A stretch of 61,210 nucleotides of DNA, the filler included, from Nitrospinae bacterium RIFCSPLOWO2_12_FULL_45_22 (lineage in GTDB: Bacteria > 2-12-FULL-45-22): assembly GCA_001803565.1 (NCBI GenBank). It is 7 parts of 7 records of this genome, joined end to end, with 100 filler letters (N's around TTAATTAATTAA, not from the genome) between each part and the next. Parts side by side here need not be neighbours in the genome. Positions count along the whole stretch, not along the records: positions 1 to 9,524 come from MHDQ01000112.1; 6 more parts are not named here. One strand, written 5' to 3'. Each line of letters opens with the position of its first letter. Position 1 is the stretch's first letter. The notes under the pieces are model-generated. The model saw only the letters and a program-made list of their open reading frames with translations, was not told the DNA's origin and did no database searches. Made by a program: the position numbers and the translations under genes. Shown piece by piece: positions 1-9,624 of the stretch.

Positions 1-291
1 CCACGCCCCTGCGCGAGGGGCGACCTTGATTAACCAAGTGGTTTATTTGAACATCATGAGTTTCAATCCACGCCCCTGCGCGAGGGGCGACTTACAAAAA
101 AAATTAGCAGAATCAATGATAAATTTGTTTCAATCCACGCCCCTGCGCGAGGGGCGACCAGGAGATGAGGAGCGCAAAGGAACCGTTACTCTTGTTTCAA
201 TCCACGCCCCTGCGCGAGGGGCGACGAGGAAGGACTAATAATTGAATACAAGAGATTTAGTTTCAATCCACGCCCCTGCGCGAGGGGCGAC
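1..291 (-). CRISPR. Type I-C CRISPR array, 5 repeats (first truncated by window edge) and 4 spacers of 34-35 nt
   Basis: Identical 32-nt repeat GTTTCAATCCACGCCCCTGCGCGAGGGGCGAC at 60-91, 127-158, 194-225 and 260-291, plus a partial copy at 1-24. On the minus strand it reads GTCGCCCCTCGCGCAGGGGCGTGGATTGAAAC, a hairpin with the ATTGAAAC end typical of I-C. Confidence 0.99.
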
Positions 292-474
292 AGCCTCTTT
301 ATAACTTCTTGTATTCAAAGACCTTTTTTGCTATTTTGTGCGAATCCCTCATTTTCATCTTAAAAAATATTTAATTGTCAAAGAGCATTTTTACAACTTC
401 CCGGTTTAAATCATTTTTTAAGCCCTGCGAACTATGCAAGGAAATCCCGTGAGCTTCAGGTTCGCAACAGCATC
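292..474 (-). promoter_or_regulatory. CRISPR leader
   Basis: AT-rich non-coding stretch between the cas2 stop and the first repeat; contains inverted motif TGCGAAC (426-432) ... GTTCGCA (460-466). Confidence 0.85.
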
Positions 475-765
475 TTAAACAATCAACGGGCCCTCCTGAT
501 CAACAGACGCCTTTGCTCCGATATGCTCTACACGATGCTTCCAGTTAGACCCAAGATAGTAAAATCTCAGACTGTCTTTCTCCGGATCAATTTCCGAAAT
601 TAACCTATTTTTCAACATCGTCCACTGTGCGGGGTCAACAATGCATTCGAACACCGAATACTGTACCCTTTGTCCGTAATCCATACAGGCACGCGCCACC
701 CTGCGCAGACGACGCTGTCCTTTGCCATCGTCAGTGGCAACATCATAACTTATTAACACAAACAT
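475..765 (-). CDS. cas2: CRISPR-associated endonuclease Cas2
   Basis: VLISYDV...RRLRRVARACMDYGQRVQYSVFEC...DSLRFY; adjacent to array. Confidence 0.98.
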   Translation of the reverse strand: MFVLISYDVATDDGKGQRRLRRVARACMDYGQRVQYSVFECIVDPAQWTMLKNRLISEIDPEKDSLRFYYLGSNWKHRVEHIGAKASVDQEGPLIV

Positions 766-774
766 ACCTCACAC

Positions 775-1806
775 TCACTTCCATACAAACGGCGGATAAT
801 TATCTATATCCCCGCGCAAATAACGCGCCATCAGCAACGCCTGCACATGGAAAAGCAGACCGATTGTAACCTTCTCTTTCAAAAACGGATGCAGTATCTC
901 TTCCTGTTTCCGCTTCTGATAAGCAACTAGGACAGTCTTCCTCGTATCATCATCCATCCATACCGCCCCAGATTCTTTTTTCAGAAATCCCTTGTCCTGC
1001 ACCTGGCAAAGATTGATCAATGAAAGTGCCAGGCGGTCAGCAAAGAAAGGACGAAATTCCTCCATCAGATCAAGTGCAAGTCCGTATCTGCCTGGGCGGT
1101 CTCTGTGCAGGAAACCGACAGCAGGATCAAGTCCCACGGTCTCAAGCGCGGAACGTACATCATGCATCACAATGGTATACAGAAATGACAGCAGGCAGTT
1201 CACATTATCCAGGGGTGGTCTCCGGCTCCGTTCATGAAATCTGAAATTATCTTTCTGCGAAGTAACGAGATGATCGAAGACATTAAAGTATGTATATGCC
1301 GATTCTCCCTCGATTCCCCGCAATACATCCAGCGTCAATTCAGAACTTAATCTCCTCAGATAACCTGCAAGTCTTTGCGATGCCTGCGAAACCGCATCCG
1401 CATCAATCTTGTCCGAATGATCTCTCAGGGCGCGCTGAAGTACTGTACGGCAGTTGGCTATCTTGCCGGTCAATACTGCCTGCGCTATTAAGGCAGAAGT
1501 TTTCAGGTCATCCGCCCGGCGATACTGCTCCCGTCTCAGAAGAACATTACCGGACACAGGCCCCTGAACCTTGGCAAGAAAGTGACCATTCTCCGTTAGA
1601 AAGCTGATTGCTACGCCATTCTCGGCACAGAATCCCATCAGATAAGGGCTGCATGATACCTGCCCGAAGCAGACAATCCCTCCGAGTGTATGGACAGGCA
1701 AGCGCAGGGATATTTCTCCGTCAACTTTAACCACAACTGTCTCGCCTTCTTTCGCTAGATAGGCTCCCTGCGTTGTAACAAAGAGAGTGTTAAGAAGTTT
1801 CTTCAT
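775..1806 (-). CDS. cas1: Type I-C Cas1
   Basis: MKKLLNTLFVTTQG start, LRGIEGE, RRPPLDNVNCLLSF, GFLH, LALDLMEEFR; 343 aa. Confidence 0.98.
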   Translation of the reverse strand: MKKLLNTLFVTTQGAYLAKEGETVVVKVDGEISLRLPVHTLGGIVCFGQVSCSPYLMGFCAENGVAISFLTENGHFLAKVQGPVSGNVLLRREQYRRADDLKTSALIAQAVLTGKIANCRTVLQRALRDHSDKIDADAVSQASQRLAGYLRRLSSELTLDVLRGIEGESAYTYFNVFDHLVTSQKDNFRFHERSRRPPLDNVNCLLSFLYTIVMHDVRSALETVGLDPAVGFLHRDRPGRYGLALDLMEEFRPFFADRLALSLINLCQVQDKGFLKKESGAVWMDDDTRKTVLVAYQKRKQEEILHPFLKEKVTIGLLFHVQALLMARYLRGDIDNYPPFVWK

Positions 1807-2051
1807 GCTACCACTTCATCCGGGACAATCTGCTCTTCGGTCAGTTCGGCGGCATAGTCAATACAGGCAAGGATATCCTCTCGTGTAATGGAAGGATATT
1901 CTTCAAGGAGATCATCAATGGTATCTCCGTTTGCCAGCATATGGAGAATTCGATAGACGGGGATGCGGGTTCCCTTAATGCATGCCTGCCCGTGACAGAT
2001 TTTGGAATCAATTGAAATGCGGTGAAGCATACGGCGCTCCGACAAATTCAT
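1803..2051 (-). CDS. DUF433 family protein (antitoxin-like HTH)
   Basis: RISIDSKICHGQACIKGTRIPV...LLEEYPSITREDILACIDYA; its stop overlaps the cas1 start (ATGA). Confidence 0.9.
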   Translation of the reverse strand: MNLSERRMLHRISIDSKICHGQACIKGTRIPVYRILHMLANGDTIDDLLEEYPSITREDILACIDYAAELTEEQIVPDEVVA

Positions 2052-2054
2052 TTT

Positions 2055-2273
2055 CTACGCAACAGCCTTCTCTTTAACAATTGAAAGATCAATAAGGTCA
2101 AGAGGATTCTTTGTTGTTCTCTTACTTGCATCAAGTATTTCAATGGCAACAATCCTACCGTCTATTGAATAATCAATAACAACACCATCGAGTTCAACAG
2201 ATTCCTTTATTTGTTCATCGCTTAAAAACTCGATGTTCATAATATCATGCGCCGGATCGTATTCTATTTTCAT
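2055..2273 (-). CDS. DUF2283 family protein (antitoxin-like)
   Basis: MKIEYDPAHDIMNIEF...VVIDYSIDGRIVAIEILDASK signature. Confidence 0.9.
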   Translation of the reverse strand: MKIEYDPAHDIMNIEFLSDEQIKESVELDGVVIDYSIDGRIVAIEILDASKRTTKNPLDLIDLSIVKEKAVA

Positions 2274-2345
2274 TTATTCTTCCTCCTTCCAATAACGACT
2301 GATTTGGGATGTCAGGTAAGTCGTTATTACTTTGAAAAAACATCT
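2274..2345 (-). pseudogene. C-terminal remnant of a DUF4258-like (RelE-fold) toxin
   Basis: Reads RCFFKVITTYLTSQISRYWKEEE* ending in a TAAATG junction with DUF2283; no start codon after the cas4 stop. Confidence 0.65.
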
Positions 2346-3005
2346 TTAGTCGCTCAATTCGTTGATAACTCCTGCAAGATAATTATTAGCCGCCTTATGT
2401 TTTCCGCAAACCTTCGGCATGCATAGATTCAGGAGCGAGCATTGTTTGCACTTTTTTGAGTATTCAGGTTTCGGCGTGACTCCCGATGCAATAAGTTCAT
2501 GTAGCCTTTTTGCTGCATCCTCTGTCTCCGTCCGTAACTTCTTATCAAAAATAACATCCTCCCTGCGCCGTGTCTGCCCGTAAAAAAGCGCTCCCTCTTT
2601 AATCTCAACATTGAGCATTTCCTCAAGGCAAATCGCCTGAGCGCAAAGCTGCACCTTGTCGCAGTTGTCCGGCTTGGGCTTGCCCCGCTTGTATTCAACA
2701 AGAAAAGGCATCCATGTTCCGTCATCCATTTTATGGAACTCAACCACATCAGCCTTGCCGATTAATCCGAGCCGGAACGACCGAAGCGGCACGCCATATT
2801 CAATACGCACATTCCCTCTCGATTCCCGGTTTGCCGTGTCAACCTTGTCATGCATGATCCTGCCCTCAGCGGTAAACAGATTCTCAGTCCAGATTTGCTC
2901 AATGTGGATTAAGGCGCAACGTCGCTGACAATAAAGATACTGATTCAAAGCAGAAATAGGAGTTAAATCCTCCTCGTCGTAGCTACTAAACTTTTCGTTA
3001 TCCAT
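2346..3005 (-). CDS. cas4: Cas4
   Basis: [52 protein letters not shown] Fe-S cysteines. Confidence 0.97.
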   Translation of the reverse strand: MDNEKFSSYDEEDLTPISALNQYLYCQRRCALIHIEQIWTENLFTAEGRIMHDKVDTANRESRGNVRIEYGVPLRSFRLGLIGKADVVEFHKMDDGTWMPFLVEYKRGKPKPDNCDKVQLCAQAICLEEMLNVEIKEGALFYGQTRRREDVIFDKKLRTETEDAAKRLHELIASGVTPKPEYSKKCKQCSLLNLCMPKVCGKHKAANNYLAGVINELSD

Positions 3006-4023
3006 GAATCTTTTTTAGTCCTGCAGTGATGTCATCCCACGTCCACAATTCAACACCAACAGGAATTTTATCCTTGTTCACATCAACCTTATAATGTTCA
3101 AATCTACGTGGTGTTTTTACGCTATCTTTTTCCATCTCTTTTATATTTTTCTGAATGTCTATCACCTTGCCGATGTCAAGCAATGCCTGTGCAGGTGCAC
3201 AGCCAAGCATTGCTTGCCTTAACCGCTGTTCCTGATTTGTATCAGTTCCAACGTGCTTGAATACGTAAAGTCCACGACGAGACATAAACCCTTTACTGGC
3301 AGAACGGTCATGATCATACATTTTTGATAGCGCTTCCCATAGAAGAACAAGATCATTCTCCTCTGAAAAACCAGTGCTGTCTGCAAGATGAGCACTAATG
3401 AACCCTTTGGCAGCATAAAGACCGTAAAAAATGAAGTTCTTGCGTCCCATTGTACGAAGCTCATCTTCCGGTTGCTGTTCTTCCCATTCTTCAAATTCCT
3501 TTGATCCGACATTTGCACCTTTAATCTCATTGTCCGTTACCGCCATGCGTGTAATTCCCCAGTCAGGCGGAAGTACCGGGTCAAGTGAGCGGGCAAACGT
3601 AATCTGTACAGGACCACGCACTTGCCCTGCATTGGGGCCTGTGCTCAAAACTGCGCCAAATGTTCTTACGTCAAAGAAGTTTTGGCAGAGCCACCAACGT
3701 GCTTCCATCACTTTCTTTTTGTTGGGTGACCATTTTTTAGTACTGCTGTCCCATGTCGGCATCCCGCCGGTCTCTTCATGTGCTCTTGCGATTTTTGTGT
3801 TGAGATTGGTGGCATGTTCAATAAAAATAGCATTTGGCATTTCGTTTCCGCGTGCCATCTGCACATAGTTTCTTACACGACGTTTTATAGCAACATCGGA
3901 AACCAAGCCCCTCATATCTTGAGGGTCAATGCGCGGGGCATTGCCTGCATCCGGGTCGCCATTAGGGTTGCCGTTTTCACAATCAAACAGATACAGGAAT
4001 TCATAACGATTCTGGATACTCAT
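2998..4023 (-). CDS. cas7: Type I-C Cas7 (Csd2)
   Basis: [61 protein letters not shown]. Confidence 0.97.
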   Translation of the reverse strand: MSIQNRYEFLYLFDCENGNPNGDPDAGNAPRIDPQDMRGLVSDVAIKRRVRNYVQMARGNEMPNAIFIEHATNLNTKIARAHEETGGMPTWDSSTKKWSPNKKKVMEARWWLCQNFFDVRTFGAVLSTGPNAGQVRGPVQITFARSLDPVLPPDWGITRMAVTDNEIKGANVGSKEFEEWEEQQPEDELRTMGRKNFIFYGLYAAKGFISAHLADSTGFSEENDLVLLWEALSKMYDHDRSASKGFMSRRGLYVFKHVGTDTNQEQRLRQAMLGCAPAQALLDIGKVIDIQKNIKEMEKDSVKTPRRFEHYKVDVNKDKIPVGVELWTWDDITAGLKKIHG

Positions 4024-4053
4024 AAGTTTTCCTCCGTTTCATTGAAATTATTA

Positions 4054-4404
4054 TTAATTAAGTTTTGCAAGCTGTTGATAATACCCAAGTGCAAAAAGAC
4101 TCTGTTCTTCAAGGGTCAATGTGCTTGGCATATTATCTTTCAGTTTCCCGTGAATTTCTTTCAGCCAATCTTCTATCCCGGCAGTCTTGCCTCTCATCTC
4201 AGGTTTTCCAAGATGGTTTTGAGCATTTCTCACCAAACGACCAAGAACGAGTCCAGGTGTCTGGCTTGCTGCTGAATAATAACGCTGAACAACCCCTGCA
4301 CCTACATTGCCAAGAGCATCTCGCTGCAAACGAGCAAGCACTGCAAGCAACCTGCCACAATGGTAAGCTGGATGCGGATGATCTGGATTTAGATAAGTCT
4401 CCAT
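4054..4404 (-). CDS. cas11: Cas11c small subunit, internally translated in frame from cas8c
   Basis: Strong internal RBS AAGGAGGT (4414-4421) 9 nt before the in-frame ATG of METYLNPDHPHPAYHCGRL; 116 aa. Confidence 0.85.
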   Translation of the reverse strand: METYLNPDHPHPAYHCGRLLAVLARLQRDALGNVGAGVVQRYYSAASQTPGLVLGRLVRNAQNHLGKPEMRGKTAGIEDWLKEIHGKLKDNMPSTLTLEEQSLFALGYYQQLAKLN

Positions 4405-5829
4405 ACCGTGATTACCTCCTTTACGAATGAAATAAGCTTTAATCAAAGCCATACGGCGGTAAAGCAAACTTAACAAAGCAGGATATTCTTGTGACCCTCC
4501 TGAAAACCGCTTTCTTTCTTCTTCGGCAAGCGAAACTATGTGCGGCGCAAGCAGCGGGACAATTCGACCAAGTATTGCTTGCGGGAATGGTTCCCGACAG
4601 ATTGCTGCTCTCCAGAAAGCACGACTGTAAGAGCCAATAGGTTTGATCCAGTCTATGTAATCCTGGTTGGATTTTCGCAGTGGCAGCACTGCTGTTATGA
4701 TACGTTCAAAATTTGACCATTTTGCAAGTTTATCACTGCCTATTGTAGTAATAGCCAAGTCGTCATACCATGTCTGCAACGATAGAACAAGATCTTTAAA
4801 TGAGCCTTCATGCCAGTCACGAACCATAACGCGCCCCGATGAGCCTGAAACAAGCATGGCATAGAATTCGTTATTGAGAAGGTTCGGCTTCTCACCAGTT
4901 GATAAGGAATCAAGTGTCTTCTTTGCTTCGAACATTGCATCGGCAAACTCTTTCTCACCCGATACCTGCATCCATGCCAATGGATCGTCTTCTGTTCCTT
5001 CGATAGCTTGCTTGAACCAATAAACAATATAGGCATTGCCTAAGCTGACTTTATGTTTGTCAATAAGATCATTCAGCGCTGTCACATAGGTTTTTGCCGT
5101 TTCTTGGGAGGTGGCTGCGTTAAAAGCTTTTTTTAGACCATATGAGCAGAAGGCATCTTTATCAAAAGAAATCAGGCTATCACCTCCGCGCCCGCCAACG
5201 CCTTTTAATCCTCGCACCTTATCTTCATGTCTCTCGACAGGGTCAACTAAATCACCCGTTATGAGGCAACGCACTTTTGGTTTTTTGTCTTTCTTGTTTT
5301 TGCTATTCTGTTTAATTGGACTTGAACGTTGCTTCATAAATTCATTACGCCACCAGTCATGCCAATCAGGCATATCAACTAAATTGACTGCTCCAATTCT
5401 TACCGCAGCGAAATCGCCCTTCTTAGCTTTCATTTGTTTTAATTTTTTGCAGATAACGGCGCGGTTATCCGAACGATCGAGAGCTTGTGCTGCCGTTGAC
5501 AATATAGGCATCGTTGAGCTTGCGCGTTGTAACAGTTCGACAAATGTCTTGAATTTTGGCGTTATTGACATTAAAACATCCGTTCCCTGATAAAGGGTCA
5601 CTGTAGAAAGCTTATCAACAAGAAAGTGAGCGCCGTCCTTTGCTTGAGCTTTTGTTCCGGCGTGAGGGCTATATTGAGGCTGCCCTTTTTTATCGTCTCC
5701 CAACGGTATTACTTCCGGGTTCTCCCCTTTATCATCAAAAGCAATCAACCATTTCAATGGGCGTTCAGTAAAGCCTGACTCTGTAGCGAGTCCACGTTTT
5801 TCTGCATATTTTAAGACATGATGTAACAT
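4054..5829 (-). CDS. cas8c: Type I-C Cas8c (Csd1)
   Basis: Lies between cas5 and cas7; CLITG, LISFDKDAFCSYG, GRVMVRDW, AYHCGRLLAVL, QSLFALGYYQQ. Confidence 0.95.
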   Translation of the reverse strand: MLHHVLKYAEKRGLATESGFTERPLKWLIAFDDKGENPEVIPLGDDKKGQPQYSPHAGTKAQAKDGAHFLVDKLSTVTLYQGTDVLMSITPKFKTFVELLQRASSTMPILSTAAQALDRSDNRAVICKKLKQMKAKKGDFAAVRIGAVNLVDMPDWHDWWRNEFMKQRSSPIKQNSKNKKDKKPKVRCLITGDLVDPVERHEDKVRGLKGVGGRGGDSLISFDKDAFCSYGLKKAFNAATSQETAKTYVTALNDLIDKHKVSLGNAYIVYWFKQAIEGTEDDPLAWMQVSGEKEFADAMFEAKKTLDSLSTGEKPNLLNNEFYAMLVSGSSGRVMVRDWHEGSFKDLVLSLQTWYDDLAITTIGSDKLAKWSNFERIITAVLPLRKSNQDYIDWIKPIGSYSRAFWRAAICREPFPQAILGRIVPLLAPHIVSLAEEERKRFSGGSQEYPALLSLLYRRMALIKAYFIRKGGNHGMETYLNPDHPHPAYHCGRLLAVLARLQRDALGNVGAGVVQRYYSAASQTPGLVLGRLVRNAQNHLGKPEMRGKTAGIEDWLKEIHGKLKDNMPSTLTLEEQSLFALGYYQQLAKLN

Positions 5830-5830
5830 A

Positions 5831-6550
5831 TCAGCCCTCCGGTTTTAGAACGTCATCGCTCTCATATGGTGGCACCCTCATAATTCCGCCCCGAACTGAA
5901 GCGTGAAAAACACTGATGAATTGTAGAGAATATTCGTCATTCGATTTTCTGAGATCAAAGGTGTCGTAAAGCATCGTTCCGATTTCGGCAGAGTAGTCAT
6001 TGGGCGTTTTATTTATTTCAATTTTTGTGTCTTCAATAAGCTCAAAATATGCAGGGAACTCCCGGCAGCCGAAGAATGGCTGATAAAAACATTTCCCATG
6101 TCCCGCAAGCCTCAGGAATTGTGCATCGTGTCCTTGAATATTGGCTTCTCCATTTCTGAATCGCATATGGGCATAAAGTTTATAATGAACATCTTTAAGT
6201 GCCATGGTCTGCCGCTGCGTTCGTCCCTTTAATTCATTATCCATATCATCAGCCAGAAATGGTTCTTCTATTTCAGCCTTGCTTTTCATCCATTTAGAAG
6301 CATCTTGGATACTGATATTACCCTTTACCTCATTGCGTCGCAGGGCGATATATCTAGGCGGCGACAGAATTTCTACTTTTTCAATCTGCCAGTAGAAACC
6401 ATAAGACCTTTTCCAGTAAATTGCGTCAAATATCCCCCGCGATGCAGAAGGCGTAATAACAGGATAGCTGAAACGCTCAACTTTCATCTCAGGCCGTGTG
6501 AAGCAGGCAAAATCTCCCCACACCTCAAGACAATGAGTTTTACCTCGCAT
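5831..6550 (-). CDS. cas5: Type I-C Cas5
   Basis: LEVWGDFACFTRPEMKVERFSYPVITPSASRGIF, RRNEV, PFFGCREFPA; ATG at 6550 follows AAGGAGG. Confidence 0.97.
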   Translation of the reverse strand: MRGKTHCLEVWGDFACFTRPEMKVERFSYPVITPSASRGIFDAIYWKRSYGFYWQIEKVEILSPPRYIALRRNEVKGNISIQDASKWMKSKAEIEEPFLADDMDNELKGRTQRQTMALKDVHYKLYAHMRFRNGEANIQGHDAQFLRLAGHGKCFYQPFFGCREFPAYFELIEDTKIEINKTPNDYSAEIGTMLYDTFDLRKSNDEYSLQFISVFHASVRGGIMRVPPYESDDVLKPEG

Positions 6551-6564
6551 AACTTTTCCTCCTT

Positions 6565-8874
6565 TCATCCAATCCAGATATTGAGAGCCCCTGATGGAAT
6601 AAGTCCCAACACAGGATGGTAATCTTCTTTTCTAATGTAAATAAACCAATCGCTTTGTTCCCTCTCCTTTCTCCCTGCCACCTTCACAGGTATAAGTGAA
6701 TCCCAAATAGTGTCATCAGGTTTAGGGCGATAGAAGCTGATGCTGAGCGGACGGGCTCGTTTAATCCATTCAGAGGTCAGTCCGATTTTATTCCCTTCAT
6801 CACAAAGCTCGTCGAATTTTTTGATGAGTGGCTGGTATGGCACAAGCACGTTGATGGCGTCCTGTTTTATCAATCGATATTCCCTCGCTATATCTGGAAA
6901 ACTTCCCGCCATGACATATTCCAATAGCCTTTGAGTTTTCTTCATCGCTTCAGGCTTACTTATATCGTAAAGCTCACGATAGTAAGCTGTTATGAAATCC
7001 AGATTATCGAGTAGCATTTTATCCGCCCCATGTCGCCTGAACAACATTTTTGTAATCTGCGCTGCTTGCTTATAATAATCATCCGGGAATTCGCTTTCAT
7101 TACCTTTAATCAACGGCTGAAATACATGAACCTCTCCAAGTGTTTCTTGTCTGCCTTCGCGGTTGCATCTGCCAGCCGCCTGTATGATAGCTTCAAGCGG
7201 CGCATATGCTCTGTAGACCACAGGGAAGTCCACATCTACTCCTGCCTCGATACATTGTGTAGCAACAAGATGAACAGCTTCTTTGTTAAGCAGTCTGTTA
7301 CATACTGTATCTAAAACATCTCTGCGATGAGACGGACAGAGATTTGTAGAAAGATGAAGGGCTTTCTCACCAATTTTCTCCCAGAGTATCCTGGCATGAC
7401 GTTTAATGTTTACGATGCATAATGCCTGCTCATGCCCCTTTAGGCAGACCGCTAAGTCATCCCAGCTTATACCTCCGTCAGGATTGTCCCATGAAACACA
7501 TGTGCGCTTCATATTTTTAAAAAGGGATTGAGGCTCAGAAACAATTTTATGTGACTGCCAGCCGGTTATAGAATGAGACTTGACAGTTTTATGCAGATGC
7601 TCAAAAGCCGGTTGGGTTGCAGTAGAAAAAACCACACTTGAACCATAACCATAGGCAAGATGAGATAATGCTGCAAGCGTCGGCACTGCAAGATTCGCAG
7701 GCAAAGTTTGAACTTCATCAAATAATATTACAGAATGTGTTAGCCGATGAAGTTTTCTGCAAGCTGAAGGACGATTAGAAAAAAGCGATTCAAGCATCTG
7801 CACGCTTGTGGTTACAATTAAAGGCGCGTCCCAGTTCTCGGCAAGCAACCGCCTCTGTCTTTCAGCAGTCTCAAGTTCACCTGATTTGCCTTCGCTATCG
7901 GATTTAGTTTTTTCAAGCCCGACTTCCGCAAGTGAATGATGTTCCAAAACATAGTATTGTCCAAAATGAGATTCAAAAATACTCCTGTAAATAGATGCTG
8001 TTTGTTCAATGATTGAAAGATATGGAAGTACAATTATGAGTCGTCTCAATCGCCTCTCAATAGCATGTTTCAGAGCAAATGCCAACATTGCCAGTGTCTT
8101 GCCGCTACCAGTTGGTGCGGTAAGAGTAAACAAGCCTGTTGCCGAATCTGCTGCTTTAAGACAGCTATTAAGCAATGAGGCCCGAACCTCTGTCACGCCT
8201 TGCGCTGCCTGTGTTTGCGCTTGCACTTCTTTTATGTGCTCAAGCAATATCCCCAATGCACGTTCTTTTTGTAATTTCGGTCCGGACCGCCTATATTGCT
8301 TTCCTTCTGATGTGCCATTGAAATGGGCTTCAGTGTCAAGAAAATCCGCATCAACAAGACAAGAAAATACCATGCGAACATCCAGCATTGTGTTGATAGT
8401 GCTATTTAAGTCGTTGCCTAATAACGTATGATTAATTCTTGGGTTTATGCCATCAGCGAGCAGTCGGGATTTTATGACATCAAGATTTGATTCACTTAAA
8501 CGGAGTTGTAGAGGATGATTTATTCCAAGTTGTTTTGGATTGATAGCACTTAGATGATTTTTGCTGAAATGCTGCAACCCAATGTGATGTCCTTCAATTG
8601 CTAATGCGGCAGCTATGGCTTTAAATTCTTTTGAAAGAGCCAACCAAGCACCTAGTGACCAATGATCAATTCCTTGTGCTTCGCCTTTTAGCCTTGCTTG
8701 AAACAAATCCCCATATTTGCCGAGGTCATGAAGAAGTCCAGCCAAAGCTGCCTCATCTGCTAAAAGCGTATCTGCAAGGAATTCACCGGCCAACTTACTG
8801 ACTGAGGATAGATGATCCGATAGGTGATGCTTAATACCCGCTTTATTACGGCTATGCGCATAAAATTCCTTCAT
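6565..8874 (-). CDS. cas3: Cas3 HD nuclease-helicase
   Basis: FYAHS, LLHDLGK, LVDADFLDT, APTGSGKT, FDEVQ, STAT, QAAGRCNR; start moved to the ATG of MKEFYAHS (RBS AAGGGAG). Confidence 0.97.
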   Translation of the reverse strand: MKEFYAHSRNKAGIKHHLSDHLSSVSKLAGEFLADTLLADEAALAGLLHDLGKYGDLFQARLKGEAQGIDHWSLGAWLALSKEFKAIAAALAIEGHHIGLQHFSKNHLSAINPKQLGINHPLQLRLSESNLDVIKSRLLADGINPRINHTLLGNDLNSTINTMLDVRMVFSCLVDADFLDTEAHFNGTSEGKQYRRSGPKLQKERALGILLEHIKEVQAQTQAAQGVTEVRASLLNSCLKAADSATGLFTLTAPTGSGKTLAMLAFALKHAIERRLRRLIIVLPYLSIIEQTASIYRSIFESHFGQYYVLEHHSLAEVGLEKTKSDSEGKSGELETAERQRRLLAENWDAPLIVTTSVQMLESLFSNRPSACRKLHRLTHSVILFDEVQTLPANLAVPTLAALSHLAYGYGSSVVFSTATQPAFEHLHKTVKSHSITGWQSHKIVSEPQSLFKNMKRTCVSWDNPDGGISWDDLAVCLKGHEQALCIVNIKRHARILWEKIGEKALHLSTNLCPSHRRDVLDTVCNRLLNKEAVHLVATQCIEAGVDVDFPVVYRAYAPLEAIIQAAGRCNREGRQETLGEVHVFQPLIKGNESEFPDDYYKQAAQITKMLFRRHGADKMLLDNLDFITAYYRELYDISKPEAMKKTQRLLEYVMAGSFPDIAREYRLIKQDAINVLVPYQPLIKKFDELCDEGNKIGLTSEWIKRARPLSISFYRPKPDDTIWDSLIPVKVAGRKEREQSDWFIYIRKEDYHPVLGLIPSGALNIWIG

Positions 8875-9112
8875 TGCCACTCCCTTTTTCCTCATAAACC
8901 GTTCCCCTGTCCTGGCTCTTGTTATGGTTCCATTCCACAATCTTTTTGTCTCTGGAGATAAGTATTTTACTTTCAATAATCTGGTAGTGTACAAATTCAG
9001 TGCTTTGCATATCGATCTCCTACGTCAGAAAACCTGTCACGGGTTACCGATACGCGTCACCGGCCGCATAAATGGGATGTGTCTCTATTTTGCTATTTTA
9101 ATTTTAAAATTA

Positions 9113-9524
9113 TTAGGCTATACTCTCTCCCAGGATACGCCGGGCAAAGAAACATACCCCACGCATCTTGCAGTGGATACAGACGTATTTGCCAAAGTAT
9201 TTCATCATAAAAAAATTCAGGCCCACAAAGAGCAATAGATTGGTCAGCATCCAATAATTAAAGGCAAAGATAAGGGAGGCTACCATAGCAATTATGGGTG
9301 CCTTGGTCCCCCAGTAATCCCAGTAGGATTGGAAGCTAGCTTCGTCCCGCATAAATTCCTCGGGGTCACCCTTGCTATAGAACCGGCTAGCCAGCTTGCC
9401 CCAGCCGAGATGACAATTCTTACCGTAGTAATAGCAGTGGATACAGCTCTTCTTCCTCAGGTGATAGAGGAGCATATAAAGCGAATAGCCGAGAAATATA
9501 AAAGTAAAAATAGGATAATCAAAA
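9113..9524 (-). CDS. Cys-rich membrane protein, N-terminus cut by contig end
   Basis: Hydrophobic segments with CIHCYYYGKNC and CIHCKMRGVC motifs. Confidence 0.6.
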
Positions 9525-9624
9525 NNNNNNNNNNNNNNNNNNNNNNNNNNNNNNNNNNNNNNNNNNNNTTAATTAATTAANNNNNNNNNNNNNNNNNNNN
9601 NNNNNNNNNNNNNNNNNNNNNNNN
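9525..9624. other. Artificial contig linker
   Basis: 44 N + TTAATTAATTAA (stops in all six frames) + 44 N. Confidence 0.99.

Noticed and set aside
26-238. 70-aa ORF
   Set aside because: It is a translation of the CRISPR repeats and spacers.
8875-9112. Possible degenerate mini-array or CreTA-like RNA upstream of cas3
   Set aside because: Only a TTTCAAT word matches the repeat; no hairpin or second repeat found by eye.
9525-9624. TTAATTAATTAA palindromes flanked by N runs (six copies in the window)
   Set aside because: Artificial contig-joining linkers, not biological repeats.
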